Positions 35,206 to 46,040 of a DNA stretch of 46,040 bases are shown piece after piece. Under the pieces are notes generated by a model that had not been told where the DNA came from, searched no databases, and saw only the letters and a program-made list of their open reading frames with translations. The stretch spans positions 1 to 46,040 of the forward strand of contig NW_021835126.1 in the NCBI RefSeq assembly GCF_006345805.1, read 5' to 3'. How positions within the stretch are numbered: position 1 is the stretch's first letter; each line of letters opens with the position of its first letter. A program made the position numbers and the translations under genes. Origin of the DNA: Octopus sinensis (lineage: Eukaryota).

Positions 35206-35711
35206 TATGCTGTACGGAGTATGCCATTAAACTGCATCCTGTAGTGAGGTTTCAGTACGGAAGTTCTGGAGTCGTGTGGGAACGTGGAGTCACCTCCATA
35301 TTATCATTACTCTCGTGTTCATTCTAATTCAAAACAGTAGTACCTGTCAGCGTATGTATGGGTTAGATAGATTTTCCACGGGTATAGGAAGCTCCCGTCA
35401 TTTCTGAAAAAGCTATGCTTCTCCTAGGAGAAGTATACTCTAACATAAGACTCGTAGTCAAAATAGTATGAGTCATCTTGCAATGCTTGTCATTTGAGTC
35501 CACTATGGCGACCAAGAGAGTAAGAAAAGTGTTGTACAAGCTTTTGTCACTTAAATCCGACGACGTATAGACGTCTCACTATCATTTCGTTTCTTGACCA
35601 GTTTTGTATTTTATGAAATCCTATTGTAGGATGAAAGCAAACCAGAACAATTCTATTAAATGTATGCATGAAGGTTATCATTTGACATCATGACGCAATC
35701 ATCAAGTATAT

Positions 35712-35938
35712 TATTATTCAGTTTTATTTCAAGATTTCTTACCAATAGAGAAAGAGCCGGTTTCTAACCTAAATCCAAAGCTCCTTCACTGGAATTTCAA
35801 CAACATCAATAGGGTATTTTTTATGTATATATAGGTGCAGATTTGAGTGTTTTGTTTTATGTATGAATTTCCATGCTTATAGTTGCATATCTAGACATGC
35901 TTATATATACTTAAATGATAAACTTCTGGAAAGTTTTA
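35712..35938 (-). mobile_element. 3' end of the same Dong/R4-type LINE, copy 3
   Basis: Reverse complement of 13146-13378 (aaaactttcc..aagtttatcatttaagtatatat...gttagaaaccggctctttctctattgg...aaataaaactgaataat). Confidence 0.85.
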
Positions 35939-36598
35939 AGTACGTATATATCTAGATAGGTAGGTAGGTAGGTAAGTATGTATGTATGTATGTATGTATG
36001 TATGTATGTATGTATGTTTGTATGTATGTATGTATGTAGGTAGGTAGGTATGTAGGGAGGTAGTTAGGTACGTAGGTAGGTATGTATGTATGTATGTATG
36101 TTGGTAGGTAGGTAGGTAGGTATACATACATAAGGACAACACAGACGAAATATCTATCTATCCAGCAGAGTGATATAAAATATCCATATTTCTAACACTG
36201 AAGCAAGAAATAGTTTCTTTCTGTCAAGAGATAAGTAAAACATACGCTCAACTATTTTGCTGTCAACTCTATAGAATATTTTATTGCAAATTTATCGGTA
36301 ATCCTTTATAGACAGAAAAATCCAGCAATATAAATACAAAATCATTTAACACATACAAAATTATATAGAAGCATTTATTTCTTTCAGATTATAAGTTACT
36401 AATATTTTCTAATGTAATGCATATCTGTATTCATAAATATACTGAAAATTGAATGTATATCCATATAGACACTTTTTGTTTATTTTTACAAATATTGGTT
36501 AATAAGAGAACAACGAACAATGAGAATCTTAGGATAGTATTATAAATATAGAAAATTTCATTGACCCATAGTTTATGTATTTTGAAACCATGTGTAGA

Positions 36599-37003
36599 GG
36601 CGCAGGCATGTTCGTGTGGTAATGAAGCATGCTTTTCAACCATGAAAGTTTCAGGTTCAGTCACACTATGTGCCACTTTGTGTAAGTGTCTTCTACTTTA
36701 ACTCCGGACTGACCAATGACTCGTGGGTGAACGGAAACTATGCAGAAGCCCATCGTATACATATGTGTGTATATATGTGTCTGTCTGTCTTTGTGCTTGT
36801 GTGTGCGTTTTCGCCCACTCGTTCACAGCCGGTGCTGGTTTCTTTACGTTCCATAACTTAGCAGCTCGGCAAAAACGAGCCGCGATAATAAATACAAGAC
36901 TTTAAAATAAGTAAGTCTTTGAAGCGTTTGTTCGACTAAACCTTTCAGGATGGTGCCCCAGCATGGCCACAGTTTAATGACGGAAAGAAGTATATGGTAA
37001 AAG
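36599..37003 (+). mobile_element. SINE family A, degenerate
   Basis: ggcgcaggcatg..gtgtggtaa..., aggttcagtcacact..., gcagaagcccatcgtat..., ccccagcatggccacag. Confidence 0.75.
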
Positions 37004-37037
37004 ATAACTACTATGTGTGTGCACGCGCACGTGTGTT

Positions 37038-37107
<70 letters not shown>

Positions 37108-37108
<1 letters not shown>

Positions 37109-37719
37109 CTGTATATATAAAAGGCAGGATGTGTGTGTGAGTGTGTGTGTGTGTGTGTGTGTGTACATTTTGCACGTCCACAAATTAGGATGCATGTCGC
37201 TCCAATTTTAGGAGGACATTCGTCATGAACCTAGCTTTATTTTCGTCAACTTATTATTTTTTTTACCAGAGGCACCAGCGAATAGTAGTAAAAATAAATT
37301 TTCAACCAAAACTTTTAACAATTTTCAAGTCGGAGAAATCACCATTGTTTACAAACAGGAGTTAAGTCCCCTTCTAGCGACGAGTAAGTTTTTGTTGACT
37401 TTTGTTGTTTTTTTTTCCATCGAAGAAAAAATTGTTTTGTTGATATACGGGCAACACACACACGCACACACACACATACACACACACACACAAACACACA
37501 CACACGAACATGTATGCATACAAAAAACATGTATGCTATGGGTGTATGTACGTACGTGCGTGTATGTGTGTGTTGCCCATATATATATATAGAAAAACAA
37601 ATTTCAACGGATTTCGCCCAAATTTAACGTCGATATTACTTAGATTGGTTTGAAATAAAGAACTTGATTAGCTTAATAATCCTAACTTAATCGCGGGCAA
37701 ATCTGGATTATACTGCTAG
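37108..37719 (+). mobile_element. Non-autonomous Helitron, different subfamily (612 bp)
   Basis: A|TCTGTATATATAAAAGG 5' end; 3' end ..cgggcaaatctgga-ttatactgCTAG|T shares TATACTGCTAG with the other two Helitrons. Confidence 0.65.
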
Positions 37720-38063
37720 TATATATATATATATATATATATGCATCAAATGAAATAAAAAACAGAACACAAAGGATGTCGCGGTACACGTGTTTCAATC
37801 TTTATAAAATAACCTATTCTTACATCAATGTGTAATCGACATAACAGATAGTTTAAAGCTCTCTTCAGCCGCATGCAATTGCTATACCAAACAATTACAT
37901 CACATGAAATTATGAAAAATCCGAAAATATACATTTGGTATTATCTATAATGGTGGGTATATTGAGTTTCACTGAGAAAGTATGTTTGCAAATCTTCATA
38001 ATCAAATATGTGTGTAGGGTACTTCAAAAATCCGTCCATACTCTATCATCAGTCATTGATATT

Positions 38064-40492
38064 CCGCCAATCTCCAGCTATCTCCTGCAATCTCCGGCAA
38101 TCTCCGGCAATCTCCGGCAATTTCCGGCAATCTCCCGTAATTTTCCACAAAAATGTTTTTTAATTTACCGCAAAAATTTTTGAAAATTTTCTCTAAAAAT
38201 TTTTGTAAATTTTCCTCAAAAATTTTTGAAAATTTTCCCTAAAAATGAAACAAATTTTCCTCAAAAATTTTTGAAAATTTTCCCCCAAAATTTTTCAAAA
38301 TTTTTCCCAAAAATTGTTAAAAATTTCCTCAAAAATTTTTGATACCTTTCCCAAAAAATTTTCGCAAGAATTTTTGAGAATTTTCCTCAAAGATTTTTCA
38401 AAATTTTCGCAAAAATTTTTGAAAATTTTCTCTAAAAATTTTTGTAAATTTTCCTCAAAAATTTTTGAAAATTTTCCCTAAAAATGAAACAAATTTTCCT
38501 CAAAAATTTTTGAAAATTTTCCCCCAAAATTTTTTTTAATTTTTCCGAAAAATTTTTCAAAATTTTCCCCAAAAATTTTTGAAAATTTTTCCCCAAAAAA
38601 TTTTCGCAAGAATTTTTGAGAATTTTCCTCAAAGATTTTTCAAAATTTTCGCAAAAATTTTTGAAAATTTGCCCCCAAAATTTTTCTAAATTTTTCCCAA
38701 TATTTTTTTTAATTTTTCCGAAAAATTTTTCAAAATTTTCCCCAACAATTTTACAAAATTTGCCGCAAAAGTTTTACAAAATTTTTCAGAATTTTCCCCC
38801 AAAAATTTTTGAAAATTCTTTCCTTCATTATTGGGAAGTCTCCAAAAATGCTATACCGCCAATCTCCGGTTATCTCCGGCTATCTCCGGCAATCTCCGGC
38901 TATCTCTGGCAAGCTCAGTATATCTCCGGTAATCTTCGGCAATTACCGCAAAAATTTTTGAAAATTTTCCCTAAAAACTTTTCTAAAATTTTCCTCAAAA
39001 ATTTTTTAAAATTTTCCCTAAAACTGAAACAAATATTCCTCGAAAAATTTTTGAAAATTTTCCCCTGAAATTTTTCAAAATTTTTTCCAAAAATTGTTAA
39101 AAATTTCCTCAAAAATTTTTGATACCTTTCCCAAAAAATTTTCCGCAAGAATTTTTGAGAATTTTCCTCAAAGATTTTTCAAAATTTTCGCAAAAATTTT
39201 TGAAAATTTGCCCCCAAAATTTTTCAAAATTTTTCCCAAAAAATTTTTGAAAATTTTTCCCAAAAATTGTTAAAAATTTCCTCAAAATTTTCGCAAAAAT
39301 TTTTCAAAATTTTCCCCAAAAGTTTTTCAAAATTTTCGCAAAAATTTTTCAAAATTTTCCCCAAAAATTTTTGAAAATTCTTTCCTTCATTATTGGGAAG
39401 TCTCCAAAAATGCTATACCGCCAATCTCCGGTTATCTCCGGCTATCTCCGGCAATCTCCGGCTATCTCTGGCAAGCTCAGTATATCTCCGGTAATCTTCG
39501 GCAATTACCGCAAAAATTTTTTGAAAATTTTCCCTAAAAACTTTTCTAAAATTTTCCTCAAAAATTTTTTAAAATTTTCCCTAAAACTGAAACAAATATT
39601 CCTCGAAAAATTTTTGAAAATTTTCCCCTGAAATTTTTCAAAATTTTTTCCAAAAATTGTTAAAAATTTCCTCAAAATTTTCGCAAAAATTTTTCAAAAT
39701 TTTCCCCCAAAATTTTTTTTAATTTTTCAAAATTTTCCCCAAAAATTTTACAAAATTTTTCAGAATTTTCCCACAAAATTTTTTTTAATTCTTCCCTTCA
39801 TTATTGGGAAGTCTCCAAAAATGCTATTCCGCCAATCTTTGGTTATCTCCGGCTATCTCCGGCAATCTCCGGCTATCTCTGGCAAGCTCAGTATATCTCC
39901 GGTAATCTTCGGCAACTACCGCTAAAAATTTTTGAAAATTTTCCCCGAAACGTTTTGAAAATTTTTCCCAAAAACTTTTCAACATTTTCCCCCAAAAATT
40001 TTTCCAAAGAATTTTTCAAAGTTTTCCCCGAAAATTTTTGAAAATATTCCCCAAAAATTTTTTGAAAATTTTCCCCATAATTTGTTCAAAATTTTCCGAA
40101 ATATTTTTGAAATGTTTCCCCAAAAATTTTTGAAAACTTTTCCCTGCATTATTGGGAAATCTCCCAAAATGCTATTCCACCAATCTCCGGCAACTTCCGT
40201 TGATTTCCGGCAATCTACGGCAATTTCCGGTAAATTCCGGCATATCCGGCAATTTCCGGGAATCTCCGGTAATCTGTTTTTGAAAAATTTTTTGAAAATT
40301 TTTATCCAAAATTTTAGACAATTTACCTCAAAATTATTTGAAAATTTTCCCCAAAATTTTTGGTGAAAGTTTACAAAATTTTTGTAAATTTTCACCAAAA
40401 ATCTTTGAAAATTTTTCCCCAAAGTTTTTGAAAATTTTCCCCCAAAATTTTTGAAAATTTTTGCAAAAATTTTTTGAAATTTTCTAATATTT
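38064..40492 (-). repeat. A-tract satellite in the opposite orientation (TTTTCCCCAAAA) with embedded 10-bp AATCTCCGGC arrays and a ~350-560 bp higher-order unit
   Basis: Decamer arrays at ~38064, 38857, 39418, 39829 and 40177; the last four are preceded by cttcattattgggaagtctccaaaaatgcta or a close variant. Confidence 0.93.
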
Positions 40493-42293
40493 TTGCTCGT
40501 TAAGTTTCACCTGCATCTATTGGATTACATACTTAGTAAACAATAAAATTTAGTAAATCCATTAGCACATTGGTATTCAATATCTATGAATTTATTCATC
40601 AATACCCACTAAGGACATGTGTCAAGTAATTCAGCTAAAAGCACAAAATAGTGATATGCAAATGTGAAGTGTATACCTAATGTTACATACATATAGTTGT
40701 TCAATTGTTAGCTATATCACCTGTTTGTGACCTACTATGACAAACAAAGTTTTGCAATCTACTTTTGTGAATATACTTAATTTTAAAAAAAAAGAATTAC
40801 ACATACATACTTCTGGTTGTATATCTAAATGCACGAGCGCCAAAAAAGTATAAATAGAAATGAAATAAACGAACAAAAGCAATGCTCATTAAAAGAATAA
40901 ACTTAATTTGTTATTCAGTTGTTGCATCTTTTATTGTTACTATTTTTTAATTACAATCAATAAAACATATTTTAAATTATCTTTTTAAAATATTATTATT
41001 TTTATCGATGATGTTTCTTTTCTTTGTATGTGAACTGTCAACTTTCCTCGAAATCCCTGTACACTGGAAATCAAAGAAGTCAGTCATAAACTTCCCTCGC
41101 ATATTCCTCATTCCTCAATCCATTAAGTCCAAGTCTACATAGATTCTTCTTTGTATTTCGCCTTCATGGAGTCGAAGAGGTACTAGCAATGGAATACTGT
41201 CAATTCAAACAATTCTTCATTAAAGAGAAAGGCATTGAGCTTATGGAGAGTTCATTATCAAAGACCTAATCGATAAAGATGTAGTGAAATGGCTACAACC
41301 TAGAATCGAAGCCAACTCGCTGTGTTCCTATCCTCTTTAGTTGCATAGCTTACTGTTTTTACACAGGGCAATGTGTGACGTATTTCTTTCTATCATCCTG
41401 TTCATTATCGTAAGTTCTGTAAACTTCCAGAAACGCTGCAGGCACTTTTCTAAGATGGACTATTTTGTGTAACTTCAAATCAATTGTTGTTGAGCAGACA
41501 TATGATCAAAGACACTTCAACTATGACCCTCTTTTTCTACGATTATCTAGGACTACATTATTTCATGTAGTCTCACTTATATAAAACGATGGAGTGTGGT
41601 TCGAAGAAGATTTGGTTGACATCTGTAGTTGATAAAACCACTACTTAGATGCTTCCTCTTTGTAATATACTAACATCATTCCAGCAATAATACACAACGT
41701 AAGAGAAACAGTGAAAGTCTGCTTCCGTTGTTGTTAACCTTACTTTTAAACTTTTCTTAGATTACCAAAGCAGTAGTCTTATACTGTTTCCTTCCCTTAG
41801 TTCACGTGATTTACATCATCATCATCATCATCATCTTAATCAACATATTAATCATTGTCGTCGTCGTCGTTGTCGTCGCTACCATAATCATCGTTACCGC
41901 TGTATTTTAATGATTTAGAACCTGCATAGGATTTATTGCAACCTGCTTCGATTCTTCAACTTGCCATCGATCCTAAATTTTTATCTATCTTTATCCAAAT
42001 TCACTAATCTACAAATTATAGTCTACTAATCTAACATACTAAGGAGCTATTCTATTCAGTTAATCAGCTGCACCAAGTCCGATGTATTGACTAAAACTCG
42101 AAGTTCTAACATGGATGAGTTTTGTAATGTTTCTAAATCTAAGTGACTGTAAATATGTAAATATAAAAACTGGACAGCTTTCATTTTAAAACAGTGAAAT
42201 AAATAAAGAAATTTCAGAGAGCGAGAGTGAGAGAAAGAGAGAGACAGACAGACAGAGAAAGAAAGAAATCAAATGCCTCACCATTTCTTTAGA

Positions 42294-42399
42294 TTACTCA
42301 GTCTTTGCAGGTCTCTCTGCTGCAAATCGGATCAGTCTTTGAGCCAGAGTTGAACGTCTGATGTCGTCACTTGATATGTCACTACGTTTTTTCTTGCCG
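42294..42399 (-). CDS. Candidate last coding exon (exon 42282-42399): (S)GKKKRSDISSDDIRRSTLAQRLIRFAAERPAKTE*
   Basis: Acceptor ttacgattttAG, donor ATG|GTGAGG, non-repetitive open frame, stop 12 nt before the donor; no homology recognised. Confidence 0.45.
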
Positions 42400-42585
42400 C
42401 TAAAATCGTAAGTAAAACTAAGTGTAAAGAAACCAGTGTAGGGAAAAAATGTCTGGTTACTAAAATTTTATCAAATTAAGTGGAAAGATCTCGCCAGTAA
42501 TTAATTTTAACTTTTCAAATCAAAAGCTGTTGGAAAGATGTGTGTTTGTGAGTTTGTGTGTGAGTGTGTGTGTGTGTGTACTTAC

Positions 42586-42616
42586 CTCAAAAATATAACA
42601 GTGCAGCATCTCTTTT
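42586..42616 (-). CDS. Candidate 31-nt micro-exon (x)KRCCTVIFL(S)
   Basis: Consensus donor GAG|GTAAGT, acceptor atatttaAG; phase-2 end joins in frame to 42399. Confidence 0.35.
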
Positions 42617-44994
42617 CTTAAATATAATTAATTGTTTAAGCTAAGATTACAAATTTATTACCAATTTATAACTACGGAACTAAGATTATGTTTATAGCTT
42701 ACAAACGAAATCGAAACAGTATCATGAATTATGGACATTAATAAGTGATTATTATCTATAAAAAAAAACACTCGATATTGTTCAATTTTATAATCGTTAT
42801 AGTTCACTGGATCGCCAACGAATGTTGTACTTTCCTGTTATTTGTGAAAGGTCTTTGCCTTAAGTTATAGAAGCCAACCTGTAAAAGGGATATTAAGTTG
42901 CCCCTTTCCCCAGGAGACTCGAGATAACATCTTGGACAAATGGTAGCAATCTATCTAGGCTACTCATCTAGGTTTATGCTGAATTCTAAAGCCAGGCAAA
43001 ACTGTTGGACAAGTGTTATATATTCCCTTCAACTGTGGATTGAGGATGGTGGCTACTCTCAATATTGGTATTTTAATATCAAGACACTAGGTACGACATT
43101 AGACCAATTCTCCCTCAATTCTCCTGATGCAATAGAATATCATTGTACTGTGTAAAAATGGAGCACTAATAGATTTACTTGTCCTTCGCATCATTCATAG
43201 TAAGTCTGCTTACATCAACATATCAAAGCAGTAGCAGCGATCGACGGATACTCTATTTCCGTTTTTCAAAGGCTTTTATTAGGCCGATTTAATAACTGTT
43301 TAGTTTTAAACGAAATGTAAAAGTATTACATGAAATAGAACCTACATTGCCAGCGCAACTTGCCAATTTTCGACTATCTGTAGAATTTGCTATAATTTAA
43401 GTTCATTTTCATTTTTTGGATGAGGTATTAACTTATGATCATAATTTCTGACTTGAATTCCTGAATCAGACAACATATTACGAGTACCTGTTGCGTGCTA
43501 GTGCAATCCTCTCTTTTACTCCAGCTGTCACATCCCGGTTATTCCACCAGGTTAAGAATGAGAGGATTCCTCAAAGGACTTCCCTGACTGCTCATGACAA
43601 CCTAGGCACCGAAATCGACGAGCATACGCATGAATTACGTTACCAAGTCTTACTCGCACGTGAATGACGACTGGTTACGTGAATGACAACTGCTGCAGCT
43701 ATTGAACTTAATGTCAACCCTGATCGAATAGATCTTATCCGATGATAAGACGTGCTCCAGCATATGAAATTTTCTAGATACAATATGTCTAGGACAGTAT
43801 TATCTAATATGTTAGAACGCTTTCATTTAAGGGGGATTTGGCTACTATTTCTGATTTTATTTCCTTATTGTAAGGTTTTTTGAGACAGTGCTTCGCAATT
43901 TATTTTCAGAGATCGTTCAAAAATTACAGCTCATGGTGGAGATTTAAGTAGCATATATTATATTTTGTATTTTATATATAACTTGTTGAAATCGCAATAT
44001 GTCAGGTCAGATGTGCATGAAAAAAATTACATTATTGAAACAATATATTTCTTGTTTCGTGCCATATTGAAAATCATGATCAACATTTCATGAAAATTGC
44101 TGGCAAGTATTCATTGTTGTTCAATGAGTTACCACAGAGAATAGCGAGAAATTCTATTAAATTGAAGAGATTTCGGCTACCTTTCAATATTGAGTTAAAC
44201 TAAATCTACACGAGTATAGCTGAGGGAACTATAACACTCTTATGGGTGATTGAGCTAACATTGACTGTCTCACTAAGAAAGCAATTGATAGAAAATGATC
44301 GGCTGTAATACCAATTATAGAAACAGGGTCCTGCTAACTCGCAAAATATAAAATACGACTATAAAATAATATGATATATAATATGATATATTAGTATATA
44401 ATCTATATATGTTATATTAACATTATATGCATATATATATATATATGTGTGTGTGTGTCTGTGTGTGTGTATGTATATATAATTATATTAATATCTCATA
44501 TCTAATTTACTATAAAAATTACAATAGAATATAAAATAATTTCTTATATGTGTCTGAGCTTGTTATGCTTATGTTTAACGATTTAGAAACTAGTGTTCAA
44601 GACTGTTAAATATAAACACGACAGGTACACACACATACACTTATATCTTCGCAATCATTCATAACTTGAGATTATATATTGTATAGCAATAAAAAATAAA
44701 ATCTATTTTCCTTTAAGCAATTTTCTGTACTTCGAATATTTATTTATAATTCGATTAATTGTTGTACTTCGATCAATGTGTTTTTTCTTCTCTCGAGTAA
44801 CTGTTTTCGATCACGTGTATTTCAATCGTTTCCGGGAAAATTGACAAGCCGTTTATCTCAATGCTGATTTCATACATCTTCTCTACTATCCGGATATTAG
44901 TTACTCTGTCTTGCAATGTATATTTAGTTAAGATAGAAAACTTTAAAGGGTTTCCCAACAAACCAATCGGATTAAGTGACATAATTTACTCAGC

Positions 44995-45076
44995 CACAAC
45001 TACCACCAATACCACCACCTACACTACCACCACCACCACCACCGACGGCACCTCCACCACAGCTACTACTACTACA

Positions 45077-45119
<43 letters not shown>
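44995..45119. repeat. (ACC)n/(ACT)n trinucleotide microsatellite
   Basis: Direct reading. Confidence 0.95.
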
Positions 45120-46040
45120 TCCTGTGGCGATTGTACCGATACTGCCAAGAGCTTTTGTATAGAAAGAGATAAGGATATAGAAAATAATTCAATATTAATC
45201 ACGAGATCGACCAAGTGCACAAAGTCATCATGTACGTGTATGTGTGTTTTATGCGCACATGTCTCTGTATGTGTTATATATAAGTGCGAACTTCAATTCA
45301 AAGACTGTTGTATGTATGTATTTTTGTAATTATGTATGTATGTATGTATGCATGTATGTATGTATTTATATATGTATGTATGAATGCATGTATGTATGTA
45401 TGAGCGCTTAACAAACCGTAAAACGGTCAGGCATGACACTTCTCTTTTGTTTTCTGCGCATCACAGGTAGAGAAAAATGTGTCTACATGCTAAATATTTC
45501 TCTTAAAGTCAGGTCCTCTAATATTTATATTTATTTCAGTGTTTCTGACTCATACTGTTTTATGCATAATATATCTGTTAAAGACGACTCGTCAAAAGCA
45601 CAATTATATAAACTAAGCAATCCACCACAGTTATAGCCTAATTTATAACTGCTTTATATAGCAGCTGAATATTAGTGATTGAAAACGAGTATAAATGATC
45701 CATAAGAAAACTCCACTTAGATTTTCTGTTCATCGAAAGCATGGGACCGGTTACATGAAAGGAAGAGCTTGAAATATAAAGAACTAGTTAGAAAATGGCA
45801 GGGATAGAGGCTTCTAACTGATGTGGGTTGCCATGGGTTAGCAGCTAGGTCTATTATGTCCTGCTTAGCTCATTTGGCTTTTAGCTCCTTGAGATAGAGT
45901 GGTAACTAATTTGCTTATATATATATATATATATTATATATATATATATATATGCACATACAGGCACATATGTGTGTATTTATCTATCTATCTATCTATC
46001 TATCTATATATATATATATATATATGTTTACCGAATTTGT

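Noticed and set aside
41130-41270. Short protein-like frames (LYFAFMESK; MEYCQFKQFFIKEKGIELMESSLSKT)
   Set aside because: Too short, no convincing splice sites, only faint resemblance to an RT motif
44861-45220. Poly-Thr or poly-Ser/Gly mucin-like ORFs
   Set aside because: (ACT)n/(ACC)n microsatellite with no supporting gene structure
45433-45636. Plus-strand ATG with a hydrophobic start and a possible 73-nt intron
   Set aside because: Weak donor (GTAGAG); the spliced product is short and unrecognisable

Overview
AT-rich, repeat-saturated eukaryotic genomic DNA. It is most likely from an octopus (coleoid cephalopod), inferred from the tRNA-derived SINE families, Dong/R4 and RTE LINE relics, microsatellite load and a very long GC-rich 28S D2 segment. 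No intact protein-coding gene is evident, and almost all listed ORFs are translations of microsatellites, satellites, SINEs or rDNA. Contents: (i) two kinds of GAAAATTTTC A-tract satellite blocks with embedded GC-rich minisatellites (0.87-4.9 kb and 9.5-10.1 kb in one orientation, 38.1-40.5 kb in the other); (ii) a ~1.1 kb orphan 28S rDNA fragment (minus strand); (iii) many SINEs of at least three families, one as a tandem multimer nested in a LINE; (iv) relics of Dong/R4-type, RTE and CR1/L2-type LINEs, a full-length dead mariner, two hAT MITEs and three non-autonomous Helitrons; (v) a dispersed ~0.8 kb duplication and a tandem ~2.5 kb duplication. The most notable signals are a set of hammerhead-ribozyme motifs (one apparently intact at 18119-18228, one minimal at 14556-14593, several degenerate, some inside long inverted repeats, as expected of Penelope-like elements) and two minus-strand exon candidates at 42.3-42.6 kb that splice into a prohormone-like KR-CCTVIFLS-G-KKKR segment. 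All calls are by eye; no searches or folding programs were run.
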